Positions 1-11,436 of a stretch of DNA of 40,268 nt are shown one piece after another. Position 1 is the first letter of the stretch. Every line of letters begins with the position of its first letter. The DNA is from Macrostomum lignano. Taxonomy: Eukaryota. The stretch is from NCBI GenBank assembly GCA_002269645.1, contig NIVC01004627.1:1-40268 (forward strand), written 5' to 3'. A model generated the notes under the pieces. The model saw nothing but the letters and a program-made list of their open reading frames with translations, was not told where the DNA came from and did not search any database. The translations under genes were made by a program, and so were the position numbers.

Positions 1-76
1 TATCAGAACAGTGATTCTAAATCAATTTTGATAAACATTGCAGAATTGTGAATTTTTGCATTCCGTTCTGTTGCAG

Positions 77-1671
77 GAAAGTTCTACAGCAGCTCGTCAC
101 CGACAGAGCATTCAACTGGTCGGAGACGGCCCACCAGGACCTGCTGCTGGGACTGTTGATGACCGCAGCGGATCTCAGCGCCATCACGAAGCGCCTGGTC
201 GGTGCAAAAAAGGTCGCCTTTCTGGTGGCCAGCGAGTTCTACGAGCAGGGCGACAGGGAGAAGCAGAGCTGCACCTGCAGCCTGATGTAAGTTTTGGATT
301 GAAGCTTTGGGCTGGAGCCGAGGTCAGAGTGGCTCAGCGGCAAACGCGTCTGAACTTCGAATCACGAACAGTTGAAAATTCAATTCTTACTGGTTCTAGA
401 TGTTTAAAAGTTACACTTTTAACATCCTATATACTAAATTTCAACACTAGTAAGAAATGAGGTAGCTGGATTTGATGGCCAAACTTCATCTTGAAATGAA
501 TGAATTATGAATGAAAGAGGAGCAAAGTACAGCACCCGTATCAAATATCCCGGGTTTGATTCCAACATTTGTGGGACTTCTGCATTCTCCGCTGATGAGG
601 GCCAGAATACAACATCTGCGTGACAATTAGAGAGTCGGGGGGATATGTTTACGTGCTGTGTGACTGCTCGGGTGTAACCAGCGAACTTCATTTCTGTTGG
701 GTCCTGAAAGTCCTGATCGAAAAGCTGGGCAGCAATCTCTCAACTTGTGCCTTTTCAGGATCAGAAGGATCGCGCCAAGCAGCAGAAGCTGCCAAAGATG
801 CAGGTGGATTTCATCGATTTTGTCTGCCTGCCCGTCTACACTGTGAGTCAGTCATCAGTAGTTTGAATCGGGCATACCGAATGGGATAAACTCCGGTCGG
901 TCAGCGGGTGCGGCAACTCTGGCCCACAGGTCACGTACGGCTTCAATAGCAATCTGGTTCACTCAAGATTGGTGTCTTATCTCAACTCTCTTTTCTCTCT
1001 AATTTCCTCTCCCCTTCCTCTTCTTTCTCTCCACTCTCCACCCCTCTTCTCTTCTCCTCTTCTCTCCTCTGTGTGGTCCGCAGTCACGCGCTAGATTCCA
1101 AATCTGTCCCTCGCTAGATTCCAAATCTGTCCCTCGCTAGATTCCAAATCTGTCCCTCGCTAGATTCCAAATCTGTCCCTCGCTAGATTCCAAATCTGTC
1201 CCTCGCTAGATTCCAAATCTGTCCCTCGCTAGATTCCAAATCTGTCCCTTAAGTTAAAAAGTTTGCCGACTCCTGAACTGAACTCAAAATTGATGCTATA
1301 GTTGATCAACAGTTAAAAGAGTGATTATGACAATCAAGGCTGACTGAAAATGCATACAAAACACATAAGGGATTCTTGGAATTCTTTTTTCTGTAGATTA
1401 CGGATACGAGGTAGAAACTCCTGTATATGTACCTGGTTACATTAATTCCGACATCTCTGCTGCGGCGTACAGATTGCAATCGTTGAATACATCTAGAGTA
1501 CATCTAGTAGAAAAAAATTATTCGAACTATACGCTACTACAAGTAGATTGCCGGCTCATATTATTTCAATTGCAATTTCAGCTGCTGTGCGAAATCTGCA
1601 GCGAACTGCACGAACTGCGCAACGGCTGCCTGAGCAATCGAGCCCAGTGGGAGTCGCTGACCGGGCAGTGA
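77..1671 (+). CDS. Cyclic-nucleotide phosphodiesterase (class I PDEase, PDE5/6/11-like), last three coding exons, 5'-partial, with apparent frameshifts
   Basis: Exons 77-286, 759-842 and 1582-1671 have AG/GT boundaries. Translation gives LMTAADLSAITK...VASEFYEQGDREK, then DQKDRAKQQKLPKMQVDFIDFVCLPVYT (invariant Gln), then LLCEICSELHELRNGCLSNRAQWESLTGQ*, matching the C-terminal half of the PDE catalytic domain. AATAAA at 1760-1765. Three 1-nt indels are needed in exon 77-286 to restore the family consensus. Confidence 0.9.
1089..1249. repeat. Minisatellite, 7 identical 23-bp units (CGCTAGATTCCAAATCTGTCCCT)
   Basis: Units start at 1089, 1112, 1135, 1158, 1181, 1204 and 1227, with no spacers. 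Located in the last PDE intron. Confidence 0.97.
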
Positions 1672-3061
1672 TTCGACATCGAAAAACGTTTTTGTGCTGA
1701 ATATAGCTAACAGTCTCAGGAGCTGTGACACCGGAATGGAACCTTTAAACCCCTACTTTAATAAAATAGCGCTTAACTAATTATATAAAGCGATAAAAAT
1801 TGTTAAAATGCACTCGTGAGATCGGGAAAAAATTTAATACACAAATCTGGTAACCTTGTACCAGAAATTTGTGTCGTATTTTCTTGACCACAGTTCAAGT
1901 TGCGAGAATCAAATAATTGTGCCGTCAGCGACTTCTTTTTTTATTTTGTTATAAATTCGCTTTGATTCTTTTGAGTTTGTTCACATAATTTTGGCTTTTG
2001 ACACTTAATTACTCCTTATAATTAAATAAAAATGTTAGCTAAGAAATTTTTTTAGATAATTTGTAAATATTATCTAATATTTAAATGTTTTAGTTACCTA
2101 CCATATCTTTACAAACATTATCTGAACTCCCCAAATTCAAAACTAATATGCAATAAACTATTTTCTCGTATATAAACTCTCAGACTTTCGTCACTATATT
2201 ATTTTACTATAACTAGCTCGTATCACGAAAATTATTGAAATTCTATTTTTCAAATGCTTGTCTGCATAACTTAATGAAAGAATTTATAAGTTTTCGATTA
2301 TTTGCTTACTACCTTTCCAGCTTTTGACTTCAAAATTACTTTATTAATTAAAAGTACGATCGTAATTATGGAGGAGAAAATATCCGAAGGTAGAGAAGGT
2401 AAATTTAATGTAGTGCTAGTACGAGCAGTAAAAGTACATTAATCCATCTACCTAAATAAATTTCTATGCACACATAATGTACTTATTTCATAATGAAATA
2501 AGGATGTTTAAGGATATTTCAATACTTACACATTATCGATGGTTAATCCTCAACAACTGGGTCAGTTTCAAAATAACAAATCTATTTTAATGCTGAGGCA
2601 ATTCCTGATAAAATCATTTAGACATCCCAAGAGAATGTAGTCTCGCAAAATTTCAGTCTTTATTCTTAGCTACTCACAGCGAAACTGATTTTTTATGCGT
2701 GAATCGACGGCGTCTTCCAAGTTGGTGTATTTCTTCAATAGCGGCATTTATGGACGCCTCGAGCATTCACAGCAAAACGAAAATGCCTAGCAAAAGTTAA
2801 GAGCATTAAAACAAAAAGTTTGAAGCGTCATCCGCGCGTGCTTTGTTCGTCGGAAATGGTAGTCGGTATAAGGAACGCATGAACCCTGTGTAAAACTCTG
2901 CGCTTATTGAAACGATTCCCTAGACCTGAGAAACCGGGGTTGCTTGCACAAATCAGGCGCTGCTAACTCAGAAGTGCTAGGGACCTAGCGTGCTGCTTTG
3001 CGTCATCTATTGGGACGGCAGTTTTATTTTAGTTTTATCCGGGATGACTGCGACAGCTCCA

Positions 3062-4787
3062 TCAGGTTGACCTTGGCTGCGCGTCCTCCTTCTTGAACAT
3101 GTCCATGAGCTCGTCAACCATGGAGGCCACCTTCTGCGGATTGGCCTCGCTGATGGGGATTCCCTTAACCAGCTGGCGTTTCACCCGCGGTTGTACGCGG
3201 CTCTTCGGCTCAGTGACAACGATGTCTTCGTAGGGGTCGAATTGCGGGTTGAAGAAGCCCTTCACGTTCGAGTACCTGGCGGTGGAGATTTAGTCATCGC
3301 ATAAGTTCAAAAGCAGTCACTCGGTCAAACATTCAAATACGCGCATAGCGGAGAGACTATTCAGAAAAGACCAGCTCAATGCAATCCAAAATATTTATAG
3401 TTTCCTATCTGATATAGATTGACTTGAAGATCTTTTTGCGGATTTCATACCATAAAGTTCTATCACTGCTTCGTCTGAAAGGACCTGTTTTTTAAATGCC
3501 CGAAACTATGAAAAGAGGGAATCTTTGTTCTCTAATCTCCTCTTTTTTGTTGATATCATGATTGCTTTCTCTTCCTGGGTGCTATCTGTTTGCATTTCTT
3601 CGTTCTTTGAGGTGCTATTTTGTCTTTTTTCCCGTTTTACTGTGCGTCAAATGTTAGCCTTTCAAAACTTCTCTATGAATTTTTACGCATTACGCATACC
3701 CTTTCGCATACTCTTAATTATATACAAATGTTAAAACGAATTATTTACCAGTTAAAACAAATATTTAAAATGCTAATTGTAATACGGTTATATGTGCTTT
3801 GGTATATTGACATAAAATACGGTTATTTATCGTTATCCTTATTCGCGATCATTTTAAAACTAGTGTACACCTTTTTTTCGATTTTTTCGTTCCAACTTCA
3901 TTCGTACCTTATCTCGCAATTTCGAAATCAAAGCAATACCTCGTAATTCGTACTCATTTTTGTACTCATATTTATATTCATCCATACTCATATTCATAGT
4001 CATATTATAATTCCCTCATTTAAATACTTTAAATTTGTCGTTTCGTTGTTGGTTGTCACTTTTCGTCCAAAAATTCCGTAAAAAATTCTGGTGCGCTTTC
4101 AAATACTTTATATTTTACAATAACGTCGAATCGTCTTTATAAACTTCTATTTCGAAAAATTTTCCAAATACATTGCCGTATAATATATTGGCCAAACAGG
4201 CTAATTAACTGAGCCAAATTCTTACTACTACTACTGCTACTACTACTTTTGTTTTAAGTGCTCAGGGTGACCCATCTAACAGAAAAACTCACTTGTCCTT
4301 AAGCGTCCGGTGCACATTCAGTCGAGTCTTGACCTCCTCGAAGATATTGTCAGTTCGGCCGACCAGAGACCGCCAGCCGGGCACAATCTTATCCACGTTC
4401 TTGGCGCTGATTCGGTCCTTGCCTAGCAGATCCTCCGGATCGTTACCAGCAGATATGGCGTCCTGCGTGAGCTTGTCTTTAAACTCGCTGAACGAGACTA
4501 CGGCAATGTTGGACTTGTGATCGGGCGTCGACTGCTGGGACATGTCCGATTTGGCTTTGGCACGCTTACCGGACTGCCCAGAGCCGGTGCCACCGCCGCT
4601 GCCGCCGCCGGTTGCGGACTTCTCCGACAGGGTCTGGCTGGCCATACCCACATCGCTGCCGGCCTGGCCAAGCATCTGGAAACGCTGGTTGAGCTCGTCG
4701 CGTCTGTCCTTCACAAAGTCGAACTTGATCGGGCCTGTTTGCCGGTTGATCGGTGTAATTAATTTTAGTACGCCGCTTATTAAAAGA
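3062..4787 (-). CDS. Uncharacterised protein, 3' exons (probably the end of the gene above)
   Basis: Exons 4787-4293 (alternative acceptor 4775) and 3275-3062 are phase-compatible (2/2): ...GVLKLITPINRQTGPIKFDFVKDRRDEL...HRTLKDK|YSNVKGFFNPQFDPYEDIVV...AQPRST*. AATAAA on the minus strand at 3028-3023. The link to exon 6 is unresolved. Confidence 0.8.
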
Positions 4788-5639
4788 CTATATTTTTGAC
4801 GAAAAAAGATAAAATCTATATAAAAATTCTAATTAGGCTGCAAAAACAAAGCAATCTCCCCTAAAAAATAGCCAACAGAAGAACTTATAAGAAGTTTCAC
4901 CAGGCCGATGCACAAGAAGTTGCAAGCATATTTTCAATTCAGTGGCGGCCTCAACTGATACCGCACTGTTAGTTAGTCTGTGGCTTTTTCTATAATCAGG
5001 GACTTTTAGACACAGAAAATGGACTGGAAGCTTTTTGCTCATGTGAGCAACATATCCGAATTTCATATAAAGTTTATTTATATAACAAAGGCCGCTAATT
5101 CTACGTTGTACTACCTGCGCATGAAGTCTGATGCATGAAGTTGTTAACTTTGTTAAGATAATATTGGTAATTATTGTTCTTTTTAAGCTCAGCTAAGATA
5201 ATGTTTAAGCTATTTAAGCTATTCTTAGAATTGTTCCGTAAAGTGCGACAAATTAATAATAAATAATTGATTTCACCTGCCCCAACGGGCTGATGTGCAA
5301 TCGACAGCTCAGCTGCAGCTATTACGCGGCGTCTCTGAAGGCTGGGTACGGCTGTTCAGTCCAAGGACTGGGGATCGCCACACACACACACAACAAAACA
5401 GATTTGATTCTAATCAAGTTTGGACACCATTCCCTAAATCTCATTTCTGTGAGTTACCAGAGTGGGTAGAATAAAAAACTAAATCTGCAAATTTGCATTC
5501 GGATGAAATCGGTTTGAATCAGAACATCCTGAGAAATTTCAGCTGAAGGTTATTACTTTGGGTTACACATCGAAATGGCCGTAGAGTACGCAAACACTAT
5601 TCAGAATGGAAAATGGTAAAACCAACGATGCGCCCTCAC

Positions 5640-8600
5640 CGATGTAGACCTTGTTCACGTTGACTCGCTCGGCAAGCTCTCTGCCGGGCACCAGAGAGCG
5701 CGGATATGGCGATATCGGATTCCGTTTTAGGTGCTCCTTCTCGAAGCAGTACTCCATGTAGATGTTGTCCTCGTTGATGAATCGGATGTTGCGTATGAGA
5801 ATCTCAGCTCGCACCTTCTTCTTGGTCTTCTTACCCTTGGAGCTGGCGTCCTCCTTGCCTGGTTGAAACAGAAAGCGACAGAGCAGTTGGAGATTTGTAC
5901 TTTAGAAGCAGAATTTTGAGCAGGAAGTGAATTAGCAAAAATTACGCAGCAGGCCTCAGCTTACGAGTCAAAGCGCGATTCTCCGTAATGGAGGTTGTAG
6001 GAAGCAACACCTGGGGGTAAGGCACGCCGAGCTGCTTATTACCAAAAATCCACTCTCGTCTCCGGTTCATAATGAGCTTCATCTTCTTCAGCTTGAATTT
6101 GGCTTTCATTTCTCGGTCGGCCAGGATGAAGTGAGACGAATCCAGGATCTCCTCCTCCTCGGAGGCGTCCTCCTAAGTAAGGATTTTTTAGATAACCACT
6201 TATATCAACACGAATTTAAAACGGACTTTAGAACTGATTAACTCTTGACCCTATTTACGAATACTAAAGCGATGCTCTGTTACATTGATTTACCTGTCCT
6301 TCATAGCTTGCCTTCAACCTGCAATGTTTATTTACGTTCAATGCAGGTCGGTCGGAGGATAGATTACATGTATCTCCAAGTCCCACAAAAAGTTCATAGA
6401 CTGGATTCCCCGTCTGGAGGATCTGTTTTATTAGAGGCAGGGGCTGTGAGCACCCTGGCACAAATTATTAGACATTGTCCCACAACCGGATAGAGGCATT
6501 ACTGCCTATTCCACCGACACCCCTGAGCAGGCACACAAGCGCGCGGATACGTGCACAGTCATACGCACAGGCGCACACTCACACAGGAGTGTTCAGCGGC
6601 CCTAAATATGTTTATCTTAAGGCATGTACACTTCACTGTGACTTCGAAGTTGGCGCTCAAGGCCGTTAATTGCACGAGCAGAGCCAAGCCGAGATTCCAA
6701 TTAAGCAACAAGTTAAGGTGACTGCACTTGTAATCGAGCCTGAGCCGCGCTGGCACATCAGAGCCGCCGCGCAAGACCACTGGGCTACGCCCCTGCGTCT
6801 GAAGGATTCTGTGATTCACAACTATGAGAGCCAACCCTCAGGCACAGGCTGTGTGCAGGCCTGACGATCAGAAAGCTACTAATTGGAGGTCAAGCTTGTG
6901 TTCGCAACATTCCATAAAATCGGTCTTCCAGCACAGCCTTTTCTTTCAGCATAAAAACCTATGAAAGCGGCTAAAAAAACCAATCACCTGCTGCTCTTCC
7001 GAATCGTCTTCGCCACCTTCGGCACCTTTGTCGTAGTACAGCGGATGGCTGGGATAGTCCGGGCCGCACACGTTGCTTGGCGGGTAGCCCATGTTGCTGC
7101 GCATTTTAAACGACAGCGGCGGCTCGCGCAGGCCGAACTGGCTGCGGAACTGAAATCGATCGTGCGGCCCGAGCGGATGATAGGCGTACACGTAGCTTTG
7201 CACGTTCTGCACTGGGCCATTGTTTGGCAGCAGGTTGCCAGCCGCGAACATCTTGTTGTTGGCTTTCCAGGCTGTGCTCAGAGCCGTACGAGACTCGGTA
7301 GCGCCGTAGGGCGTCTCGCAGGGCAAATCGCCGAAGCTGGTGGCGCACTTACCGGTGCGCTGGTAAGGAAAGTACAAATCAACGTTGTCCACCACGCTCT
7401 CGTTTGTGTAGATGCCGAATTTGTAGCTGTTTGGAATGGTACAAGTAGATTAGACTCTGTTATTACGTGTAGGGTAAAGAACTACTACTTTACTTTCTCC
7501 GACCAGTGCATAAAAATAAGAACGAAACAGAGCCCGAAATTCATAGCCCTGTTATTTTCTACCTCAACAATTTTCCACTTCGTTAGCAGAAGCCAAAAAT
7601 TGCCAATGCAGTCCCAGTTTTCCCATATTTTTGCTTGGGTCCATCTCGATCCTGTCTGTGTGAAAAACCCGTAGTTTGTTAATGAGAGGAGAGGAGAGAA
7701 AGAAGAAAGAGTATAAATGAGAGATGAGAGAGTAGAGAGGAAAGAGAGAGAATAGAGCAGATAAAAGAAGAGAGAGAGAGAAGAGAGTAGAATGAAGAGA
7801 GGAGATAAGAGAGGAGAGAGAGAGATCAGATCAGAGTGGAGAGAGAAAGGAGAGGAGAGGAGAGAATTTTCAAAGGACTCAAATCTTAATTTAACACGAA
7901 TTTACTCCAGGTTTGCTTACTTCTACCCGAAGTAATAATAACTAATAACTTTTTGTTTGAGTATGACTTCGGATTTAAGAATGTATGCATAATAGTTCCG
8001 GGATTGGAATTCATCGGGTTCAAAATCCGCGGGTTTCAACAGCTTGTCTAAATATAAATAAATGCATAACTAATGTTGTTTGCCAGGGCAATAGCTATCA
8101 TTTCAATGTTGTTATTGTCTACGAGTGAGTAGACGTGGCAATTGTTTCTACAAATTTTGCGATGACTTTAAGGCAGTATTCATAACGATTTCTTAAAGTT
8201 ATGTCGGGATAGATGTATGACGTAAAGATGAGATTCAAGACTGAAACCGAGCGTTCGTCTCTTCGACGCTTTGGCAGTGTCAATAGCTGCTACATTAAAA
8301 GGACATTAACATAGCTCATGTTTGTCTATTGAACTTTTATTATCTGTGGACCGGCCGTTGGCAGTAGCAGCATGGTGCCGGTGGAGAGAATTGATTCTCT
8401 AAAAAGGCAAGAGCAAGAAGAGAGACAATAAAGTACAGCAGCAAGGCCGAGAAACCTCTTTATAAGTGGCTCTTTGTGTTCGTCATTTGAGACTAGACGG
8501 TAGCTATCAGCCGCCTTAATTAATGACATCTTCAGTCAATAAAGATAACGCGGATCGCAGATAGCATTTACCGCAATTTCTTCGCATCTGTTTCCAGCGT

Positions 8601-10586
8601 TAGGGATAATTGCTTAGCGTGCATGACTCCGTCGCTCGGAAACAGTGCATGCACGAGCGTAGAAAGCATTGTACAGAAAAGTTAGCTTCTTAAGATTAAG
8701 ATGCTTAAAGCAAACAAGCATCAGCCCTAAAACCGAGTTAACTGGCCAAAGATATCAGCATCCCCTGTGAGCTTTGACATCAAAACCTCCCATTGACTCT
8801 CGACATCTCAGAATCTCCCCTAAAGCCATGGCCTAACCCTAACTCTCCCGACTGATGCTTGGCCAGCAACTCCCACTTGAAGCTTGGTATATCAGCATTA
8901 GGGATAATTATAACGCGCATCCTGCTTATTCTGTTATAGCACATTCCTCAGTATGCTACATGCTAGTTAAAGGATACATCAACCAAAATGCCTACAGTTC
9001 TATATTTGACCTAAACTGTTATTGCCTACTTCGAATGTTTATTCCCATCGACGCATCCTCACCGCTGCTTGTTGTAGACAACTCGCTGCTTGTACTCGGG
9101 AAACCAGCGTTCCAGCATGGTGTTGCAAACCTTCACCATAGTGTAGTCAGGGCCTTGAATCTGCACAATCAAATATTTGATCCATTTAAATTTGCCAACC
9201 TGCCGATTCAAGATTCGATTAGTGATTAGGATGAAACACTTGGTGCGTCGCGAGCACTTCTTGATCATGGCGGCGAACTGCGGCTTCAGCAAGTTCAAGC
9301 TTTCGTCTGCGGATTGGTGAGGTGCGAATAGCTTGTGTGCAGTGAGGTTTGTTCAGTGAGGTGTGTTCAGTGAGGTGTGTTCAGTGAGGTGTGTTCAGTG
9401 AGGTGTGTTCAGTGAGGTGTGTTCAGTGAGGTGTGTGCAGTGAGGTGTGTTCAGTGAGGTGTGTGCAGTGAGGTGTGTTCAGTGAGGTGTGTTCAGTGAG
9501 GTGTGTTCAGTGAGGTTTGTTTAGTGAGGTGTGTTTAGTGAGGTTTGTGCAGTGAGGTGTGTTCAGTGAGGTGTGTGCAGTGAGGTGTGTTCAGTGAGGT
9601 GTGTTCAGTGAGGTGTGTTCAGTGAGGTGTGTTCAGTGAGGTTTGTTTAGTGAGGTGTGTTTAGTGAGGTTTGTGCAGTAAGGTGTGTGTAGTGAGGTGT
9701 GTGCAGTGAGGTGTGTTCAGTGAGGTGTGTTCAGTGAGATGTGTGCAGTGAGATTTGTGCAGTGAGGTGTTTTCAGTGAGGTGTGTTCAGTGAGGTTTGT
9801 GCAGTGAATCAGTCTCACCCTTCATAAACAGCAGGTACTCCACTACAACGCCTTTATTCTCGTGGTGCCACTTGGCCGTGTTGCTGCCCAGTTTCACCGC
9901 CGCATCGAATTGTCGCTTAAGCTCCGGCGTGAGGCCTGGCGGCTCCTGCCTGGACTGGAATGTCTCCCTTGGATCGGCCATGGTGATGGTCTCCCAGTAG
10001 GGCGCAACCTGATTCTCGCCTATGAATTGGAGGGAGCAAACGGGGAGCAATTAGCTTGAGAAATATAGTCAGCTGATTGCCGACAGGGGCTGGCTGCAAA
10101 CAGCAAAGTAGTTAATTATAAGCCCACTTAGCAAAAAGTGAACAATTATAAAGCATGGCCTTCGACTGTTAAAGTTACAATCGCATTCATAAGATCTTAA
10201 TAATAATATTATTCTGGTAACAATGATAAGGAGAGAAGTAAAGTGAAAAGGCAGTTAGTGAGGAGACAATCGGTTATACAAGTGTGACCGACATCGGGCT
10301 CGCACAGGCGCACAGCCCTCTTGCATAACACATTTAACATTGAGCAGCACTCACTGGCCGTGAACATTCGCAGGTTGCTGGGATCTTGCAGCTTCTTTTT
10401 GATGAAAGCCTGCCGTTTGGCCGCCTTGGCATCCGCCTCAATATCCGCCTGCGTCTTCTTCTGCCCCGCGCCCTGGGCATTGTTATTGCCCTGCGAGTTT
10501 AGCTGCCTCGCAAACGCTTCCATAGTGACGGATTCCGCGGCCACGGTTTCCATAGTAACGGTCTCCATAGCGGCAACTGGCTCCAT
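5640..10586 (-). CDS. Uncharacterised protein, 5' part (exons 1-6)
   Basis: Exons 10586-10355, 10019-9819, 9306-9063, 7426-6988, 6172-5965 and 5858-5640. All junctions are GT-AG with matching phases (1,1,2,0,1) and give an open frame: MEPVAAMETV...RMFTASENQVAPYWE...LFMKGDESLNLLKPQ...NKQRRYKFGIYTNES...DDSEEQQEDASEEEE...ALTRKEDASSKG...NVNKVYI. No domain recognised. The start codon is uncertain. Confidence 0.85.
6426..6793 (-). mobile_element. Second full-length copy of the same tRNA-derived SINE
   Basis: Collinear with 17347-17709 over its whole length (TTTTATTAGAGGCAGGG...GCGCGCGGATACGT...CAAGGCCGTTAATTGCACGAGCAGAGCCAAGCCGAGATTCCAATT...). No clean TSD. Confidence 0.85.
7683..7866. repeat. GA-rich low-complexity tract
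   Basis: Almost purine-only on the + strand. A comparable CT-rich tract lies at about 985-1070. Confidence 0.9.
9334..9806. repeat. Minisatellite, 14-bp unit (CAGTGAGGTGTGTT), filling intron 2 of the uncharacterised gene
   Basis: About 33 tandem units. The variant block GGTTTGTTTAG recurs at 9514 and 9640 (126 bp = 9 units). Confidence 0.97.
10546..10559. promoter_or_regulatory. RFX X-box (GTTTCCATAGTAAC)
   Basis: Exact match to the ciliary X-box consensus GTHNYY-AT-RRNAAC at the 5' end of the uncharacterised gene, flanked by two degenerate copies. Confidence 0.55.
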
Positions 10587-10968
10587 GTCGACTAAATTCA
10601 GAATTGAAAGCAATCCCAGCAAAAAATGACGCCTTCGCTTTCAAGAAGAAAGAAAGCTGACTAGAAAACAAGCGACTTAGGCAGACAAGTTGAGTTTGCG
10701 CATACCGCACCCATCTTCCTACTTTGCTAGCCAACTGATTTTGCCGCCTGACCCATAGAGTGAAGACGATGATTGCGACCATAGACTATTGATTGATGCA
10801 GAGTCTTGATCCGCTAGCCCGTAGCTTGGTTAGTAGTCTCTTCTATATTAATAAACAATACATAATACGCTCGTAATGGCTATATTTAATGTCACTAATT
10901 ATACATGTGTGGAGAGGGTGGTATTCCAAAAGAAATTAACAGCTTTACAGCGATTCCAGAGGGGCCAG

Positions 10969-11436
10969 CTGTGAGCTGGAGTCATTAGTGAGTAGCAGGT
11001 GTGAGCTGGAGTGATTAGTGAGTGGCAGGTGTGAGCTGGAGTCATTAGTGAGTAGCAGGTGTGAGCTGGAGTGATTAGTGAGTAGCAGGTGTGAGCTGGA
11101 GTGATTAGTGAGTAGCAGGTGTGAGCTGGAGTGACTAGTGAGTGGCAGGTGTGAGCTGGAGTGATTAGTGAGTGGCAGGTGTGAGCTGGAGTGATTAGTG
11201 AATGGCAGGTTTCAGCTGGAGTGATTAGTGAGTAGCAGGTGTGAGCTGGAGTGATTAGTGAATGGCAGGTGTGAGCTGGAGTGATTACTGAGTGGCAGGT
11301 GTGAGCTGGAGTGATTACTGAGTGGCAGGTGTGAGCTGGAGTGATTACTGAGTGGCAGGTGTGAGCTGGAGTGATTAGTGAGTGGCAGGTGTGAGCTGGA
11401 GTGAATAGTGAGTGGCAGGTGTGAGCTGGAGTGACT
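10969..11436. repeat. Minisatellite, 30-bp unit (GTGTGAGCTGGAGTGATTAGTGAGTGGCAG)
   Basis: About 15 tandem units, intergenic. Confidence 0.97.

Noticed and set aside
1089-1249. 23-bp weakly palindromic direct repeats resembling a CRISPR array
   Set aside because: The units are contiguous with no spacers, there are no cas genes, and the context is a eukaryotic intron.
5309-5311. Selenocysteine reading of the in-frame TGA
   Set aside because: The 3' UTR before the AATAAA at 3028 is about 35 nt, and no SECIS-like AUGA/AAA/GA stem was seen.
6961-7674. 237-aa plus-strand ORF, the longest in the track
   Set aside because: It is the antisense shadow of exon 4 of the minus-strand gene and has no splice or motif support.
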